A DNA stretch of 64,000 nucleotides from Spirochaetales bacterium (GCA_947478845.1 CANJXC010000003.1:246004-310003), one strand, 5' to 3'. Positions 1 through 9,846 are shown, counted from the first letter of the stretch. Notes: a model not told the origin generated them from the sequence alone. Translations and numbers: made by a program.

Positions 1-717
1 GGCGCCGGCCCCAATCAGACAGGGTTGTCGCGCAAGCATCTGCTGGAAGGAACTCGCAACAGCCTCAAGCGCCTTCAGCTCGACTATGTCGACCTGCTTT
101 TTTGCCATCGGCCCGACCCCAACACCCCCATCGAAGAGACGGTGATGGCCATGGACAGTTTGGTCCGCAGCGGCCAAACCCTTTACTGGGGAACCAGCGA
201 ATGGAGTGCCGATCAGATTGTGAAGGCCATCGAGTTTGCCAAAGACTACCGAGCCATCGGCCCCGTAATGGAACAACCCCAATACAACTTCTTGGTTCGC
301 GAACGCTTTGAAAAAGAGTACAAGCCGGTGTTTAACAAATACGGTTACGGGACCACGATTTGGAGCCCACTGGCTTCCGGCGTTCTTTCTGGCAAGTACA
401 ACAAGGGTATACCCGAAGGCAGCCGCCTGGCCCGCGAGCTCTGGATCAAGAACATCATGGACGAGAACAAGCTGATGACGCCCGAGGTGTTTGCCAAGAT
501 CGATGGGTTGGCCACAATTGCCAAGTCGATGGACGCCACCTTGAGCCAGTTGGCTATTGCTTGGACGCTCAAGAACCCCAATGTTTCTACCACGATTCTC
601 GGGGCCAGCAAGCCCGATCAGTTGGCCGAAAACCTGAAGGCTGCAGACTTCGTCGACAAACTTGATGACGGGGTGATGAAACAAATCGAAGGTATTCTGA
701 AGAACAAGCCTGCCTAA
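1..717 (+). CDS. Aldo/keto reductase (Kv-beta/AKR6-like), 5'-truncated by window edge
   Basis: Open frame from base 1; motifs SLKRLQLDYVDLLFCHRPD, YWGTSEW, EQPQYN, WSPLASGVLSGKY, ILGASKPDQL. Confidence 0.9.
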   Translation, partial: GAGPNQTGLSRKHLLEGTRNSLKRLQLDYVDLLFCHRPDPNTPIEETVMAMDSLVRSGQTLYWGTSEWSADQIVKAIEFAKDYRAIGPVMEQPQYNFLVRERFEKEYKPVFNKYGYGTTIWSPLASGVLSGKYNKGIPEGSRLARELWIKNIMDENKLMTPEVFAKIDGLATIAKSMDATLSQLAIAWTLKNPNVSTTILGASKPDQLAENLKAADFVDKLDDGVMKQIEGILKNKPA

Positions 718-2099
718 CGGGCTAAAACCGCGGCCCCTTCGCTTGGTCTGACTGTAAAAACAGGCGGAGCGGAAGGGGCTGGCCTCCGGGAAAAGTACCC
801 TCGATTGAGGGCAGCGGAAACCTCCGCGATGAACTGATAGTTCACCAGCGACACCGTGCACCCACCGAAACCGGCCCCGGTCATCCGGCTCCCATAGCTC
901 CCGGCCTCGCGGCTCAACGACGATAACTCGTCCAGCTCAGGGCAGCTGACTTCCATGGAAAAACGGCAACTTTCGTGGGAGGCATTCATCAGCGACCCAA
1001 ACCAAAAGGCGTCTCCCGATTCCAGCGCCTGCGCCGCGTCTTCGACCCGCCGCCACTCCGTGAAAACGTGCTGGAAACGGCTGAGTAGTTTGAACCCTTC
1101 AGCCGGCTCGGTGATGGGCCTCCCAATTCTGTTATGGCCCAAAATCTCGTAAACCCTGTTGTACGTCCAGTGGTCGTCGTGGAGAAGATTCCTAGCTTTG
1201 GCGAACAACGCGTCGGTTGAGAGTGAAAGTTGTCCGATTCGCTGAAGCGGATACCCTAGCGAGCCCATCAACCCGGCCTCGAGCACCATAGTCGCAAGCC
1301 GGCATTCCAGCGACCTACGGTTGTACTCGTAGAGGGCCGACTCGGTCTTCGGGGCTTTGACGAGAGTGTCAGCCACCAAGATCACGCTGCCGGGCGGAAG
1401 CGACAGGGGCCTCACTCGAAGGGGAAAGAAGTCGATTTTCAATGCCTGTCCGACACGGCCGTTGAGCGATGCGGCCTGGTCCATCCCGCCACCCTGGGTT
1501 CCCACATAGCGTTCGGCTCCCGCCATTAGCGTTGCGAGTTCCAGAGGTGAGTGGCTCAGATGGTTCACCTCCGCAAAGACCAGACCGCAAAGCACGACAA
1601 GAGCCGACGACGAGCTCAGGCCCGCTGCCGGAGGAATGGTTCCATGGAAGAGCAGGTCGAAGCCCAGGACTGGGGTATCCGACCCCGCCCGCTCCGCCTC
1701 CGAGACCAGTGCCTGAATCGCCGCCTTGGGATAATTGCCGAAGTCTCCCCTTGGGTAGGGAGCGATTACAGAACTGGCAAGGAACTGGCGCTCGCCGAAG
1801 GCGCCAGAGGCTTCCTTGACCCGGATCAGTTGGTCGGTTCGTGGCCGAAACACCCCCACAAAATCTTTGTCGGTGGCTACGGGCATCACGGGGCAACCGT
1901 TGTAGTCGGTATGCTCGCCAATCAGGTTGACGCGGCCCGGGGCTCGAGCGAGTCCGAGCCCGTCTTCGCCCAACCAGCCCCGGGCGGCTTCCACTAAATC
2001 GGAGTACCTCTTCTTTGCTTCGGGAAGGTTGGCATACCACCGCTCCAGTTGCTCGTGAAGAGACCCCAAAAACAACAAGCGCAGGTCTCGGGCTGTCAC
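714..2099 (-). CDS. galK: Galactokinase / GalNAc-kinase-like GHMP kinase
   Basis: PGRVNLIGEHTDYNG, PAAGLSSSSAL, GGGMDQ, GSRMTGAGFGGC; GTG start at 2099 overlaps the upstream TGA (GTGA), so the ORF-track extension to 2381 is not used. Confidence 0.85.
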   Translation of the reverse strand: MTARDLRLLFLGSLHEQLERWYANLPEAKKRYSDLVEAARGWLGEDGLGLARAPGRVNLIGEHTDYNGCPVMPVATDKDFVGVFRPRTDQLIRVKEASGAFGERQFLASSVIAPYPRGDFGNYPKAAIQALVSEAERAGSDTPVLGFDLLFHGTIPPAAGLSSSSALVVLCGLVFAEVNHLSHSPLELATLMAGAERYVGTQGGGMDQAASLNGRVGQALKIDFFPLRVRPLSLPPGSVILVADTLVKAPKTESALYEYNRRSLECRLATMVLEAGLMGSLGYPLQRIGQLSLSTDALFAKARNLLHDDHWTYNRVYEILGHNRIGRPITEPAEGFKLLSRFQHVFTEWRRVEDAAQALESGDAFWFGSLMNASHESCRFSMEVSCPELDELSSLSREAGSYGSRMTGAGFGGCTVSLVNYQFIAEVSAALNRGYFSRRPAPSAPPVFTVRPSEGAAVLAR

Positions 2100-3103
2100 A
2101 GGCGGCCCGTCAGGCTGGCAAACTGCTCGGATCCTTGGGCTTTCCAAGGGTCGATGCCGCGCAGGATGCCCAAGCAAAGGCTTCGCCCCTGATGAACAAT
2201 CTCGTTTTGGATTTCCAGGGCTTCGGGGCCCGTCGGCACCGGCAAGATGATCTCGCCGCCCGCCTCGATGACGCCAATGCCTTCGGTTTTGTAGCGTCGC
2301 AGCGGCTCGGGGGTCAGGTGCGCGCGGCTGCGAAAAAGCAGCGTCAGTTCCGATTGACCTGATTCGTTCCATCGCCAGCAAAGGTTTAACGAATGGGTGC
2401 CGGGCGCTTGCTCCTTCCAGGCGGAAATCAGCTGTTCTGCCGCGTTGAGCAGGTCAGCGGGAGTGTTAGCCAGCAGCCGGATGGCGGCGAGGGGATACTC
2501 CAACCACTGCACTTCGACTCGCCGGAGCGTCAGTGACTTCCGGCTTTTGGCGCGCATCACCGGAAGCATGGTGTTGCGGCCCACTTGGTAGTGCAGATGT
2601 TCCAAGATGGAGGCGCCGGTTTCTGGCAGGTCGGAGTTTGAAAACCAGCTGTAGGCAGGCGCCAGTTCCTGAAACGCTGCGCCATCTTCCAACGTTTGCC
2701 TGTCCATCCGCATCGGACTGTGCTGGGTCTGAATCACGACTCCATGTTGCGGAAACAAAGGGAAAGGCGTCCATTGAAAAAAGAACTCCCGGCTCGGCGA
2801 CAGAAGGAAGGCAAAGACTCTTAAGTTCTCCCTACCCGGCGAGCCTTCGTTCTGGCGGCAGATTCGGCACTCCGCGCCGGCCGGGAGGGGGTGACTGGCT
2901 GCGTAGGCTGAGCGGGCTCGATTGATCTGAACCTTGAACTCCAAGTCGTATTCTTCCCCAGGAAACCGTAAGCGGAGGTTGTTCTCAAGGTCGCTGGGCG
3001 TCAGGTAGCCGCTAGCGAGAGCGTCGGCCTCCAGAGCCTCGAGCGAGGCTAGGAACTCTACGGGATTTATGGATCCTGAGCCTTCAACCGGCCGTGCAGA
3101 CAC
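2096..3103 (-). CDS. HIT/GalT-fold nucleotidyltransferase or phosphorylase (DUF4922-like)
   Basis: TGASILEHLHYQ (HxHxQ) motif, CRIC, PFPLFPQH; AGGAGG RBS before GTG at 3103. Confidence 0.6.
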   Translation of the reverse strand: MSARPVEGSGSINPVEFLASLEALEADALASGYLTPSDLENNLRLRFPGEEYDLEFKVQINRARSAYAASHPLPAGAECRICRQNEGSPGRENLRVFAFLLSPSREFFFQWTPFPLFPQHGVVIQTQHSPMRMDRQTLEDGAAFQELAPAYSWFSNSDLPETGASILEHLHYQVGRNTMLPVMRAKSRKSLTLRRVEVQWLEYPLAAIRLLANTPADLLNAAEQLISAWKEQAPGTHSLNLCWRWNESGQSELTLLFRSRAHLTPEPLRRYKTEGIGVIEAGGEIILPVPTGPEALEIQNEIVHQGRSLCLGILRGIDPWKAQGSEQFASLTGRL

Positions 3104-3111
3104 TTCGCCTC

Positions 3112-5481
3112 CTACTCCGAGATCAGGTAATTGATGCAGTCGCGGGCCTCGACCCGGAACGATTTTTTGCCTTGCACCAGCCGGGCCGAAAAGTGGCCCG
3201 CGCAGCCGTCTGGGCACCGTGGGCCTGCCGCGGGGCGTGCTACCGCTTGGCCCTTGAGGCGCGCCTGTATCCAATCGCGGGAATCGAAAGCTTGATTACC
3301 CGCTGTGGGTTTTGCCGAGGGGGCTTCGGCGCCAAAACTATTGCGAAGCATGCAGGCGCGGCTCGTGAACAGGGGAGGGAAATAGCTGCGATCGGGACAA
3401 GCCGGGTCTTCCAGCCAATGGACGGCAAAGGCGAACCCCGGCAGAGTCAGGCTCAACTGCGCCGGAGTGAGGGGGTTGGCCGAATGGAAGCCCCAATCGG
3501 CAAACCAGGAGGTGAGTTCAATTCCCTCTTCGCGGAGGCGTCGCAGCCACGTCAAGTGACAGGGATTGCTCACGCCAACCAGCACGGCAGAGTTATCTTC
3601 GCCACGAAGGCGGACCAAAAACTCGCGTAGCCTCGAGTAGTACGACTCCTCATCGGGGGTAAACGGTGCAAGCGGGAGGGCGAGTCCCCAGGGAGTGCTC
3701 GCCAACTGCGTGCCCCGAAGGTTTTCCCACTCAGTGATAAAGCCGGTCAGCTTGTTGACGCCCTGAAGCGGTGACAAAGAGGCACGCGCAGGGGCAAGGG
3801 GGTTCGAGCGCGCTGCCAACGACGCGGCAGCTTTCACGCGGCCGGGCACGGCCTCAACGAACCCGCGGGCTTTTTCGGCGACCAACGCGTACCAGCGGCG
3901 ACGGAGTTCTTTGAGCAATTTCGGCTGTATAAATACCGTGCCCGCAGAGTTTTCGATATCGAGGGTGGAAGGTTCAAACGGGCTGTCGGACGCGCGGAAA
4001 ATCTCGGTGAGAGAAGACTCGATGCTCTTGCTTCCATGGGCCTCTTGCACTGCAAATGACTCGCTCAGGGAAAAGCCGCCCCAAAGGGGTGAGGCTACCG
4101 TCAGTTCAAGGGTTTCAGTAAAGGGTGCGGTATCGTGGCCCGGTGGGTGACCCAAGGCTCGGCGAAGCTCCAAGGTGGTCGCTATTTTATGCCTGTGCGG
4201 CCGCCCCGGCTTTTTCACAGGGAGTTTGCTGTCGTGACGGCTAATTAACCACAGCGTCCCGCCACGCGCATCAAAGCCAATTCTGTCGTTGAGTTCAAGT
4301 TCGGCAACAGTTCCAGCGGTCAGGGAAAGGGTCGCGAGCGCACCTCGAAACACGTCGCCAGGTGTGGTGCCTAGAATCAACAGTCCATCGCCCTTGGCCA
4401 GAGTTCGAAATACCTTGGCTCTGGCTTCCACCCGAACGCTCGCCCTGCGGTCGCTCGACGAGGTCACCAACCCCAGCGGCATGCCAAGCGTACCGGCCCA
4501 CGAGGGATTGGTCTGCGAGAGTGCCTTGTGGCCATCGAACCAACCGGCGGAGGCTAAACGGCCATAGCGAACCCGCGCCTCGTCGAGCCAGTCCCAGGCT
4601 TCGGCGTCTTGGGCGCCGTCGAGGAAAGCGCGGTACGCCCGGGCCGTGTTGTAGCTGTAAGCGGGGGGCTTCATGCGACCCTCGATTTTAAAACTCTGGA
4701 CTCCAAGGTCGCGAAGTTCACGGATACGGGCCCCGAGTTCAAGGTCGTTCATGCTTGCAAAGGCACCCACGGTACCCACTTTATGAAGGCTTTCTCCGGG
4801 GGGAGCGTGTATACCCTCGGGCAGGCCCTCTTCATGCGGGCTTTCTCGCCTTTGGGGGCCAGGGATGAGGTAGTCGAGCTCGAAGTTGGTTCGGCAGATC
4901 TGCCCGCAATCTCCCCTGTTGGCAGAGCGCCCTATCATGATGCCCGAGGCCATGCAGTTGCCCGACACCGCGTAACAAAGAGCGCCGTGCACAAACACCT
5001 CATACTCCATCGACGGGTCTGCTTTCACTATGGCGCCTATCTCGGCCATCGTGAGCTCTCGGGCCAACACCACGCGGCAGAAACCCATCAGCTTGAGGGC
5101 CGCCACCCCACCCGGATTGTGGACCGCTGCCTGCGTGGAGGCGTGCAGGTCCATCGGTGGCCCGAACTTGCGCAGTGCCAGGGCGAAGCCAAGGTCCTGC
5201 ACAATGAGCGCATCCACGCCTCGGAAGTGCAATTCCCAGCTCAGGGCGACGGCTTCGGCCACCTCGTCGGTGGTTAAAATGATGTTGACGGCAACGAAGA
5301 CCCGGGCGCCCTTGGCGTGGGCAATCGAGGTGAGGGCCGACATGTCGTCGAGGGTGAGGTTATGGGCGTGGCTTCGGGCCGAGAACTTCTGGAAGCCGAC
5401 GTAAATGGCGTTGGCCCCCCCCTCGAGGGCCCAAAGCGCGTGATCAAGACTTCCACCCGGTGCAAGAACTTCGCCATTCAT
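3112..5481 (-). CDS. Peptidase U32 family Fe-S protein (RlhA-like, long form)
   Basis: LHASTQ, VVLARELT, EVFVHGALCYAVSGNC...ANRGDCGQICR, SFKIEGRMK. Confidence 0.85.
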   Translation of the reverse strand: MNGEVLAPGGSLDHALWALEGGANAIYVGFQKFSARSHAHNLTLDDMSALTSIAHAKGARVFVAVNIILTTDEVAEAVALSWELHFRGVDALIVQDLGFALALRKFGPPMDLHASTQAAVHNPGGVAALKLMGFCRVVLARELTMAEIGAIVKADPSMEYEVFVHGALCYAVSGNCMASGIMIGRSANRGDCGQICRTNFELDYLIPGPQRRESPHEEGLPEGIHAPPGESLHKVGTVGAFASMNDLELGARIRELRDLGVQSFKIEGRMKPPAYSYNTARAYRAFLDGAQDAEAWDWLDEARVRYGRLASAGWFDGHKALSQTNPSWAGTLGMPLGLVTSSSDRRASVRVEARAKVFRTLAKGDGLLILGTTPGDVFRGALATLSLTAGTVAELELNDRIGFDARGGTLWLISRHDSKLPVKKPGRPHRHKIATTLELRRALGHPPGHDTAPFTETLELTVASPLWGGFSLSESFAVQEAHGSKSIESSLTEIFRASDSPFEPSTLDIENSAGTVFIQPKLLKELRRRWYALVAEKARGFVEAVPGRVKAAASLAARSNPLAPARASLSPLQGVNKLTGFITEWENLRGTQLASTPWGLALPLAPFTPDEESYYSRLREFLVRLRGEDNSAVLVGVSNPCHLTWLRRLREEGIELTSWFADWGFHSANPLTPAQLSLTLPGFAFAVHWLEDPACPDRSYFPPLFTSRACMLRNSFGAEAPSAKPTAGNQAFDSRDWIQARLKGQAVARPAAGPRCPDGCAGHFSARLVQGKKSFRVEARDCINYLISE

Positions 5482-5524
5482 GGCACGGAGTATAGACCGT
5501 TCGTGCTGCGAACTGGAAGCTCAA

Positions 5525-5568
5525 GCTTCTTGCTAAGGCTTCTTGCTAAGGCTTCTTGCTCAGGCTTC
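5525..5568. repeat. 13-bp tandem repeat GCTTCTTGCT(A/C)AG, about 3.4 copies
   Basis: Units start at 5525, 5538, 5551, with a partial unit at 5564. Confidence 0.9.
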
Positions 5569-5799
5569 CCATTCTCCGAGTTCTTCGAGTTCGGGGCGGT
5601 ACTCTTGCAGTTTGGCCTTTAGATAGCTGGTACGGATTTTGTCGAACTCGCTGTTGGACACCGGCCGGCCCCAGCGTTCTTCGGCGATTTCGGCGATGTC
5701 GTATTCGTCGTGACCCGGGTATTGCCTCACCAGTTCGGCGACAACGCCTCCCCAGTTGGACGGGCGTGCAGGGTATAAAGTGCGGGTGGTCATGGTCAT
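5560..5799 (-). CDS. Small hypothetical protein (79 aa)
   Basis: AAGGAG RBS, ATG start, protein-like composition, fills the intergenic gap. Confidence 0.65.
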   Translation of the reverse strand: MTMTTRTLYPARPSNWGGVVAELVRQYPGHDEYDIAEIAEERWGRPVSNSEFDKIRTSYLKAKLQEYRPELEELGEWEA

Positions 5800-5872
5800 G
5801 CTTGAGTCTCCTTGCGAGGATTCAGGTCTTCGCTTGATAACAACTTCGCATGGATGGGTGCATTATTGGTGC

Positions 5873-5908
5873 AAAAAAAGCCTACCCATGATGCGGGTAG
5901 GCTTTTTC
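5873..5908. terminator. Intrinsic terminator downstream of the lipoprotein gene
   Basis: AAAAAGCCTACCC-ATGATGC-GGGTAGGCTTTTT hairpin with A and T tracts. Confidence 0.85.
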
Positions 5909-5923
5909 AAAACAATGGCTAAA

Positions 5924-7783
5924 TCAGATTTGCGGGTAGCCGGATAGGTCGGCCTCAACAATGGGAGCCACGCCCAAACCAGTGGCCAGGCCCGAAAGTG
6001 CCGTGGCAGTCACGATTGTGTCTTTGGCCGTGTTGGCTAGTGTCTCCAATTGAGCATGCACACCGCTCATGGCGTCCGTTGTGGTGGAGGCCACCGCAAA
6101 ACCTGGGGGGCAAAGTTCGGTTGAGGTGGCCACGATGCCATACTTTGTCACCACGGCTTGCGTAGCCGGATCCCAATGGCTGAAGTCCATCACTCGCAGA
6201 ACGTTGGTCACATCCAAGTCGCCAGTGCTAGGGTCGAAACCAGTGTGGACTGAACTGGTCTTTTGTAGCCAAAATTGCTCGGGCGATGTGTTGTTTTCCT
6301 TTATGGTGTAACCCGCGCTCACAAGGTCTGAGTTCAGCGTCAGGAACTTCAGAGGGAAAGAGTAAGACTGATAGAAGCCATTTACAGGATCACCGTAATG
6401 CACAACGCGCGCCGGGTACACAAAGCCACGCTGGTAGGTGAAGATTGTGTCGGAGCCTGAGACCTCTCTCTTAGTGTTGTAATAGAGCGCATCTCCTGCA
6501 GCCCAGGTGGTATCGTTTATTGCTGTGTTAGCCTTATAGATCAACATCCAAGGCGCAGGAACAGTAGAACCGTTGAACGCAAGCATAGAGGCCTTCACAT
6601 CGTTGCCGTAGGTTGTTCCTCCGTCCGTGCTGAGTTTGGCGCTGGTGAGAGTGCGGGTCGTCCCTGACCATGACTCGGTCACCTTTACCTTAAGGATTGC
6701 GTCAGCCCCGGGAGCGGAGCTAAGGGCCGTGCCGAAGTCGCTGCCATGGAGGTTGTTAAACTTGGCAGACACGCCAGCAAGCCACGGGAAGTTTGCATTT
6801 TCTTCACCACGAGTCATGCCGATGAGCTCGCCGGAAGCGTTGTAGAACTCCTCGTTGAACTGGTAACTGCCGTCAGAGGCGAAGGCTCCCTTCGAAAGAA
6901 CTCCTCCCGAGGTGTCGTTGCCGTAGGCCACATTGAAGTGGGGCCCATCGCTGCTCAAGAACGAAACATTGCTACCCGACTTGGTGACGCTTTCATAGCG
7001 GCCCTGATCGTAGGTAATGGTACCGTCAGCGTTGGTCTTAGGTCCATACAGCACAGTGTTCGAGCCTGTTTCGGAGTCAAAGGAACCCTGAAAGCCGTAC
7101 TTGAACACATGGCCAGCGGCATACTGGATGTTGTTGGTGGTATCATTAAAGGAACTTGCGAGCGTCTGTGTCCCGTAGAAGGCAAGCTTGGCCTTCATGG
7201 TTGCCGGGGTCAGCGCATTGCTCAGGACAAGGTGAACGTAATAATCATACGTACCGGCCTGGGGGGGGGCCGTGTTCTTAGGAATGCGGAAGTTGCCTGA
7301 ACCACTCATATGCCACTTGATATCCACCGAGTTGCCGGTGTCGTCGAGTTGGTGAATGATGGCCTTACCGGCATCAATTTGATTGGGAACGCCAAGTATG
7401 GCCGCCTGCTCGTTGTTGATGGTGCCCTTGCCCAAGGAATACACAGTTTCCAAGGTAGGCGAGGTGTTATTAGCAAACGCGCTCTGCATGAGCGCCATCA
7501 CGCCCCCTACGACGTTCTCGCTCAGGTCTTTTTGCAGTTGGCCGTAGCCCTTCGATTGAATACCATCCTGGCTCGAGGCAACAACATCCACGACAGCTTT
7601 GCCAGTGCTACTGCTCTTGAGACTTTTCGGGAGCATGGAAGAGCTGGACTGAATGGAGAGCAAAGCCGTGATGGCGGACGATACTGTTGAGCTCAGCGAG
7701 CTCACGGCACTGGTGCAGGAACTCAATGCTACAGCCAGAAGCGTTAGTGCTACCAAAGACTTGGTCCCTAGGGGTAATTTCAT
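5924..7783 (-). CDS. Large hypothetical lipoprotein (619 aa)
   Basis: Signal peptide with lipobox LSS-C, Ser/Thr-rich linker, AAGGAG RBS; no family recognised. Confidence 0.8.
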   Translation of the reverse strand: MKLPLGTKSLVALTLLAVALSSCTSAVSSLSSTVSSAITALLSIQSSSSMLPKSLKSSSTGKAVVDVVASSQDGIQSKGYGQLQKDLSENVVGGVMALMQSAFANNTSPTLETVYSLGKGTINNEQAAILGVPNQIDAGKAIIHQLDDTGNSVDIKWHMSGSGNFRIPKNTAPPQAGTYDYYVHLVLSNALTPATMKAKLAFYGTQTLASSFNDTTNNIQYAAGHVFKYGFQGSFDSETGSNTVLYGPKTNADGTITYDQGRYESVTKSGSNVSFLSSDGPHFNVAYGNDTSGGVLSKGAFASDGSYQFNEEFYNASGELIGMTRGEENANFPWLAGVSAKFNNLHGSDFGTALSSAPGADAILKVKVTESWSGTTRTLTSAKLSTDGGTTYGNDVKASMLAFNGSTVPAPWMLIYKANTAINDTTWAAGDALYYNTKREVSGSDTIFTYQRGFVYPARVVHYGDPVNGFYQSYSFPLKFLTLNSDLVSAGYTIKENNTSPEQFWLQKTSSVHTGFDPSTGDLDVTNVLRVMDFSHWDPATQAVVTKYGIVATSTELCPPGFAVASTTTDAMSGVHAQLETLANTAKDTIVTATALSGLATGLGVAPIVEADLSGYPQI

Positions 7784-7802
7784 AAAATCTCCTTGCGGAA
7801 AC

Positions 7803-7830
7803 TTTATCGGGACTTTGTCACATTTTTGTC
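7803..7830 (-). promoter_or_regulatory. Three 11-bp-periodic GA(C/T)AAA boxes, putative OmpR/PhoB-type site
   Basis: Minus strand reads GACAAAaatgt-GACAAAgtccc-GATAAA, about 20 bp upstream of the lipoprotein start. Confidence 0.5.
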
Positions 7831-9072
7831 TCGGGCCTGTCCTTTGTTGGTCTGTCCAAACTCGAGGATGGCCGTAGTACCCTCGCCGAATACGCTTTCG
7901 ATAAGCAATTGACCACCCTGCGCTTCCATCAGAGATTTGACAACGCGCAGGCCCAAGCCGCTGTGCTGGTCGCCGGGACTTCGGGCCGCACTGACCTGAT
8001 AGAATGGTTCGGTGACAAAAGGGAGCTTTTCTGCAGGGATTCCTGGTCCTGTATCGCGCACCACGATGCGGGGACGGTCAAGTTCGACTACCTCAACCGA
8101 GACAGAGGATCCAGGCCCACCGTAGGTGAGGGCGTTGTCCAACAGGTTGTCGAGACACTGCGCCACCCTATCGGGATCAGCAACCACTGAAACCGGACCT
8201 TCGCTGGTCACAACCAGCAACAGTTTTGATCTCTGGGATAGGGCTTGGTCTTGTCGGTTCTCGATACACGAGCTGACCAATTCGCCCAAATCCAGTTTCT
8301 GAGAGTGCAGAGGAAGCTCTTTCAGGTCAAGGCGGGAGAGCTCCAGCAGGTCGCTGACCAGGCGCAACAGACGGTCTGCCGTACGGGAAATAGAATCGAC
8401 GGCTCTTCGATGCCGTTCTGGGTCGTTCGCCAGCCCATCCCGCAGCGCTCCAGCCATAGTAGAGAGGGTGGTCAACGGGGTTCGAAACTCATGGGCGATG
8501 TCTGCCATAAATTGCCTGCGTGCAAGGCCCTCGTGTTGAAGCTCTCTCATTTGGTAGGAAATCCGTGCCCCAAGGGTATCAAGGGTAACGGCCAATTCTG
8601 TCAGCTCACCGGGACCCCGAAGGGTGGGTTTCTGCAAATAGTTTCCCTCCGTCATGGCTCGGGCCGTCGAGATAAGCGAATTGAAAGACTTGCTGAATCT
8701 CAGCCAAAAGGCGAAACCGACGAACAAGGAGAAAAAAACACCGGCGCTCATCTTCCAGATGAAGATTCTAACCGTGATGCCTGCACGCTCCACGTCAAAG
8801 CGCTTGATATCGTCACCCGGCGGCTGAGAACTCGTGGCAGGGTGAAGTACCGGAAAAGCCCCCAGGTAGAACTCAGAGTATCCAAAATGTGGAGGACTTG
8901 GTGGGTTTGGATACAGGCTCGGATGCGCAACCGCGAAATCGTAGTCGTCTTTTTCCCTCAAGTAAAGGAGGTAGTTGCTGATTCCCACGGAGACAATTCC
9001 GCTCACGAAAGTGATGAGAAAGACGGCGATGGTGATTTCCCACCGGAGGCTAAGCTTCCGGACGGAAGGCAT
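7804..9072 (-). CDS. HAMP-domain sensor histidine kinase
   Basis: Two TM segments, HAMP, H-box ADIAHEFRTPLT, NLLDNAL, DTGPGI, GLGL. Confidence 0.92.
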   Translation of the reverse strand: MPSVRKLSLRWEITIAVFLITFVSGIVSVGISNYLLYLREKDDYDFAVAHPSLYPNPPSPPHFGYSEFYLGAFPVLHPATSSQPPGDDIKRFDVERAGITVRIFIWKMSAGVFFSLFVGFAFWLRFSKSFNSLISTARAMTEGNYLQKPTLRGPGELTELAVTLDTLGARISYQMRELQHEGLARRQFMADIAHEFRTPLTTLSTMAGALRDGLANDPERHRRAVDSISRTADRLLRLVSDLLELSRLDLKELPLHSQKLDLGELVSSCIENRQDQALSQRSKLLLVVTSEGPVSVVADPDRVAQCLDNLLDNALTYGGPGSSVSVEVVELDRPRIVVRDTGPGIPAEKLPFVTEPFYQVSAARSPGDQHSGLGLRVVKSLMEAQGGQLLIESVFGEGTTAILEFGQTNKGQARDKNVTKSR

Positions 9073-9742
9073 AGCCCACCCCTCGAATCGTGACAATGGG
9101 GCAGTCGGCGAGTCCGGCGCCGATGAGCTTCTCTCTGAGCCGGTAAATCTGGTTGTCTACCTGGCGCATGCCTACATGGTAGGTGTCGCCGTCGCCCCAC
9201 ACCTTGCGGATCAACTGATTCCGGTTGAAGACGGTCTTCGGTTGCTCCATGAGTGTCACCAAGAGGTCAAACTCAAGGGAGGTCAAAACCACGTCTTTGG
9301 ACTCAACTACCACCCGGTGCTCGTCCAGATAAACCGCTAGTCCGGACCATTGGAGCGATGCAGCGTTCTGAGTTTCCCGCTTGGTTCGCCGCAAGAGCGC
9401 TCTCAAACGCGAGACCACCTCGGCAGCTGAAAAAGGTTTCGTGACGTAGTCGTCGGCACCTTTGTCCAGAGCCCGGATTTTGTCCATTTCTCCCTCTCGT
9501 GCCGAGAGCATCAGGATGGGGACAGTCGATTGGCGTCGGATTCTCTCGCAAACCGATACGCCGTCGAGCTCAGGCATCATGACATCGAGAATGACGAGGT
9601 CGGGTTGTTTGGAGGAGAACCTTTCGAGGGCTTCCCGGCCATTAGTTGCGCGCACGACTTCAAAACTTGCGGCTTCCAAATACCAGCTCAAACCTTCGAT
9701 GAGATCGCCATCATCGTCGACAACCAAGACAACAGTACTCAT
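9050..9742 (-). CDS. OmpR-family response regulator
   Basis: VLVVDDD, DLVILDVMMP, GADDYVTKPF, winged helix ending TIRGVGY. Confidence 0.95.
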   Translation of the reverse strand: MSTVVLVVDDDGDLIEGLSWYLEAASFEVVRATNGREALERFSSKQPDLVILDVMMPELDGVSVCERIRRQSTVPILMLSAREGEMDKIRALDKGADDYVTKPFSAAEVVSRLRALLRRTKRETQNAASLQWSGLAVYLDEHRVVVESKDVVLTSLEFDLLVTLMEQPKTVFNRNQLIRKVWGDGDTYHVGMRQVDNQIYRLREKLIGAGLADCPIVTIRGVGYAFRPEA

Positions 9743-9846
9743 GTTTGCTCCCCGAGCACTATAGTCCTTCTAGACTACAGGATATGTCTCAAATCTGTCT
9801 ATTTCTTGTACCAAATGTGATCTAAGTCGTGGACTGTTTCCCCCTT

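Noticed and set aside
2100-2381. N-terminal extensions given by the ORF track (galK to 2381; likewise 15634, 35351, 38693, 51850, 44355)
   Set aside because: They overlap upstream genes; internal starts with an RBS or stop-start coupling fit better.
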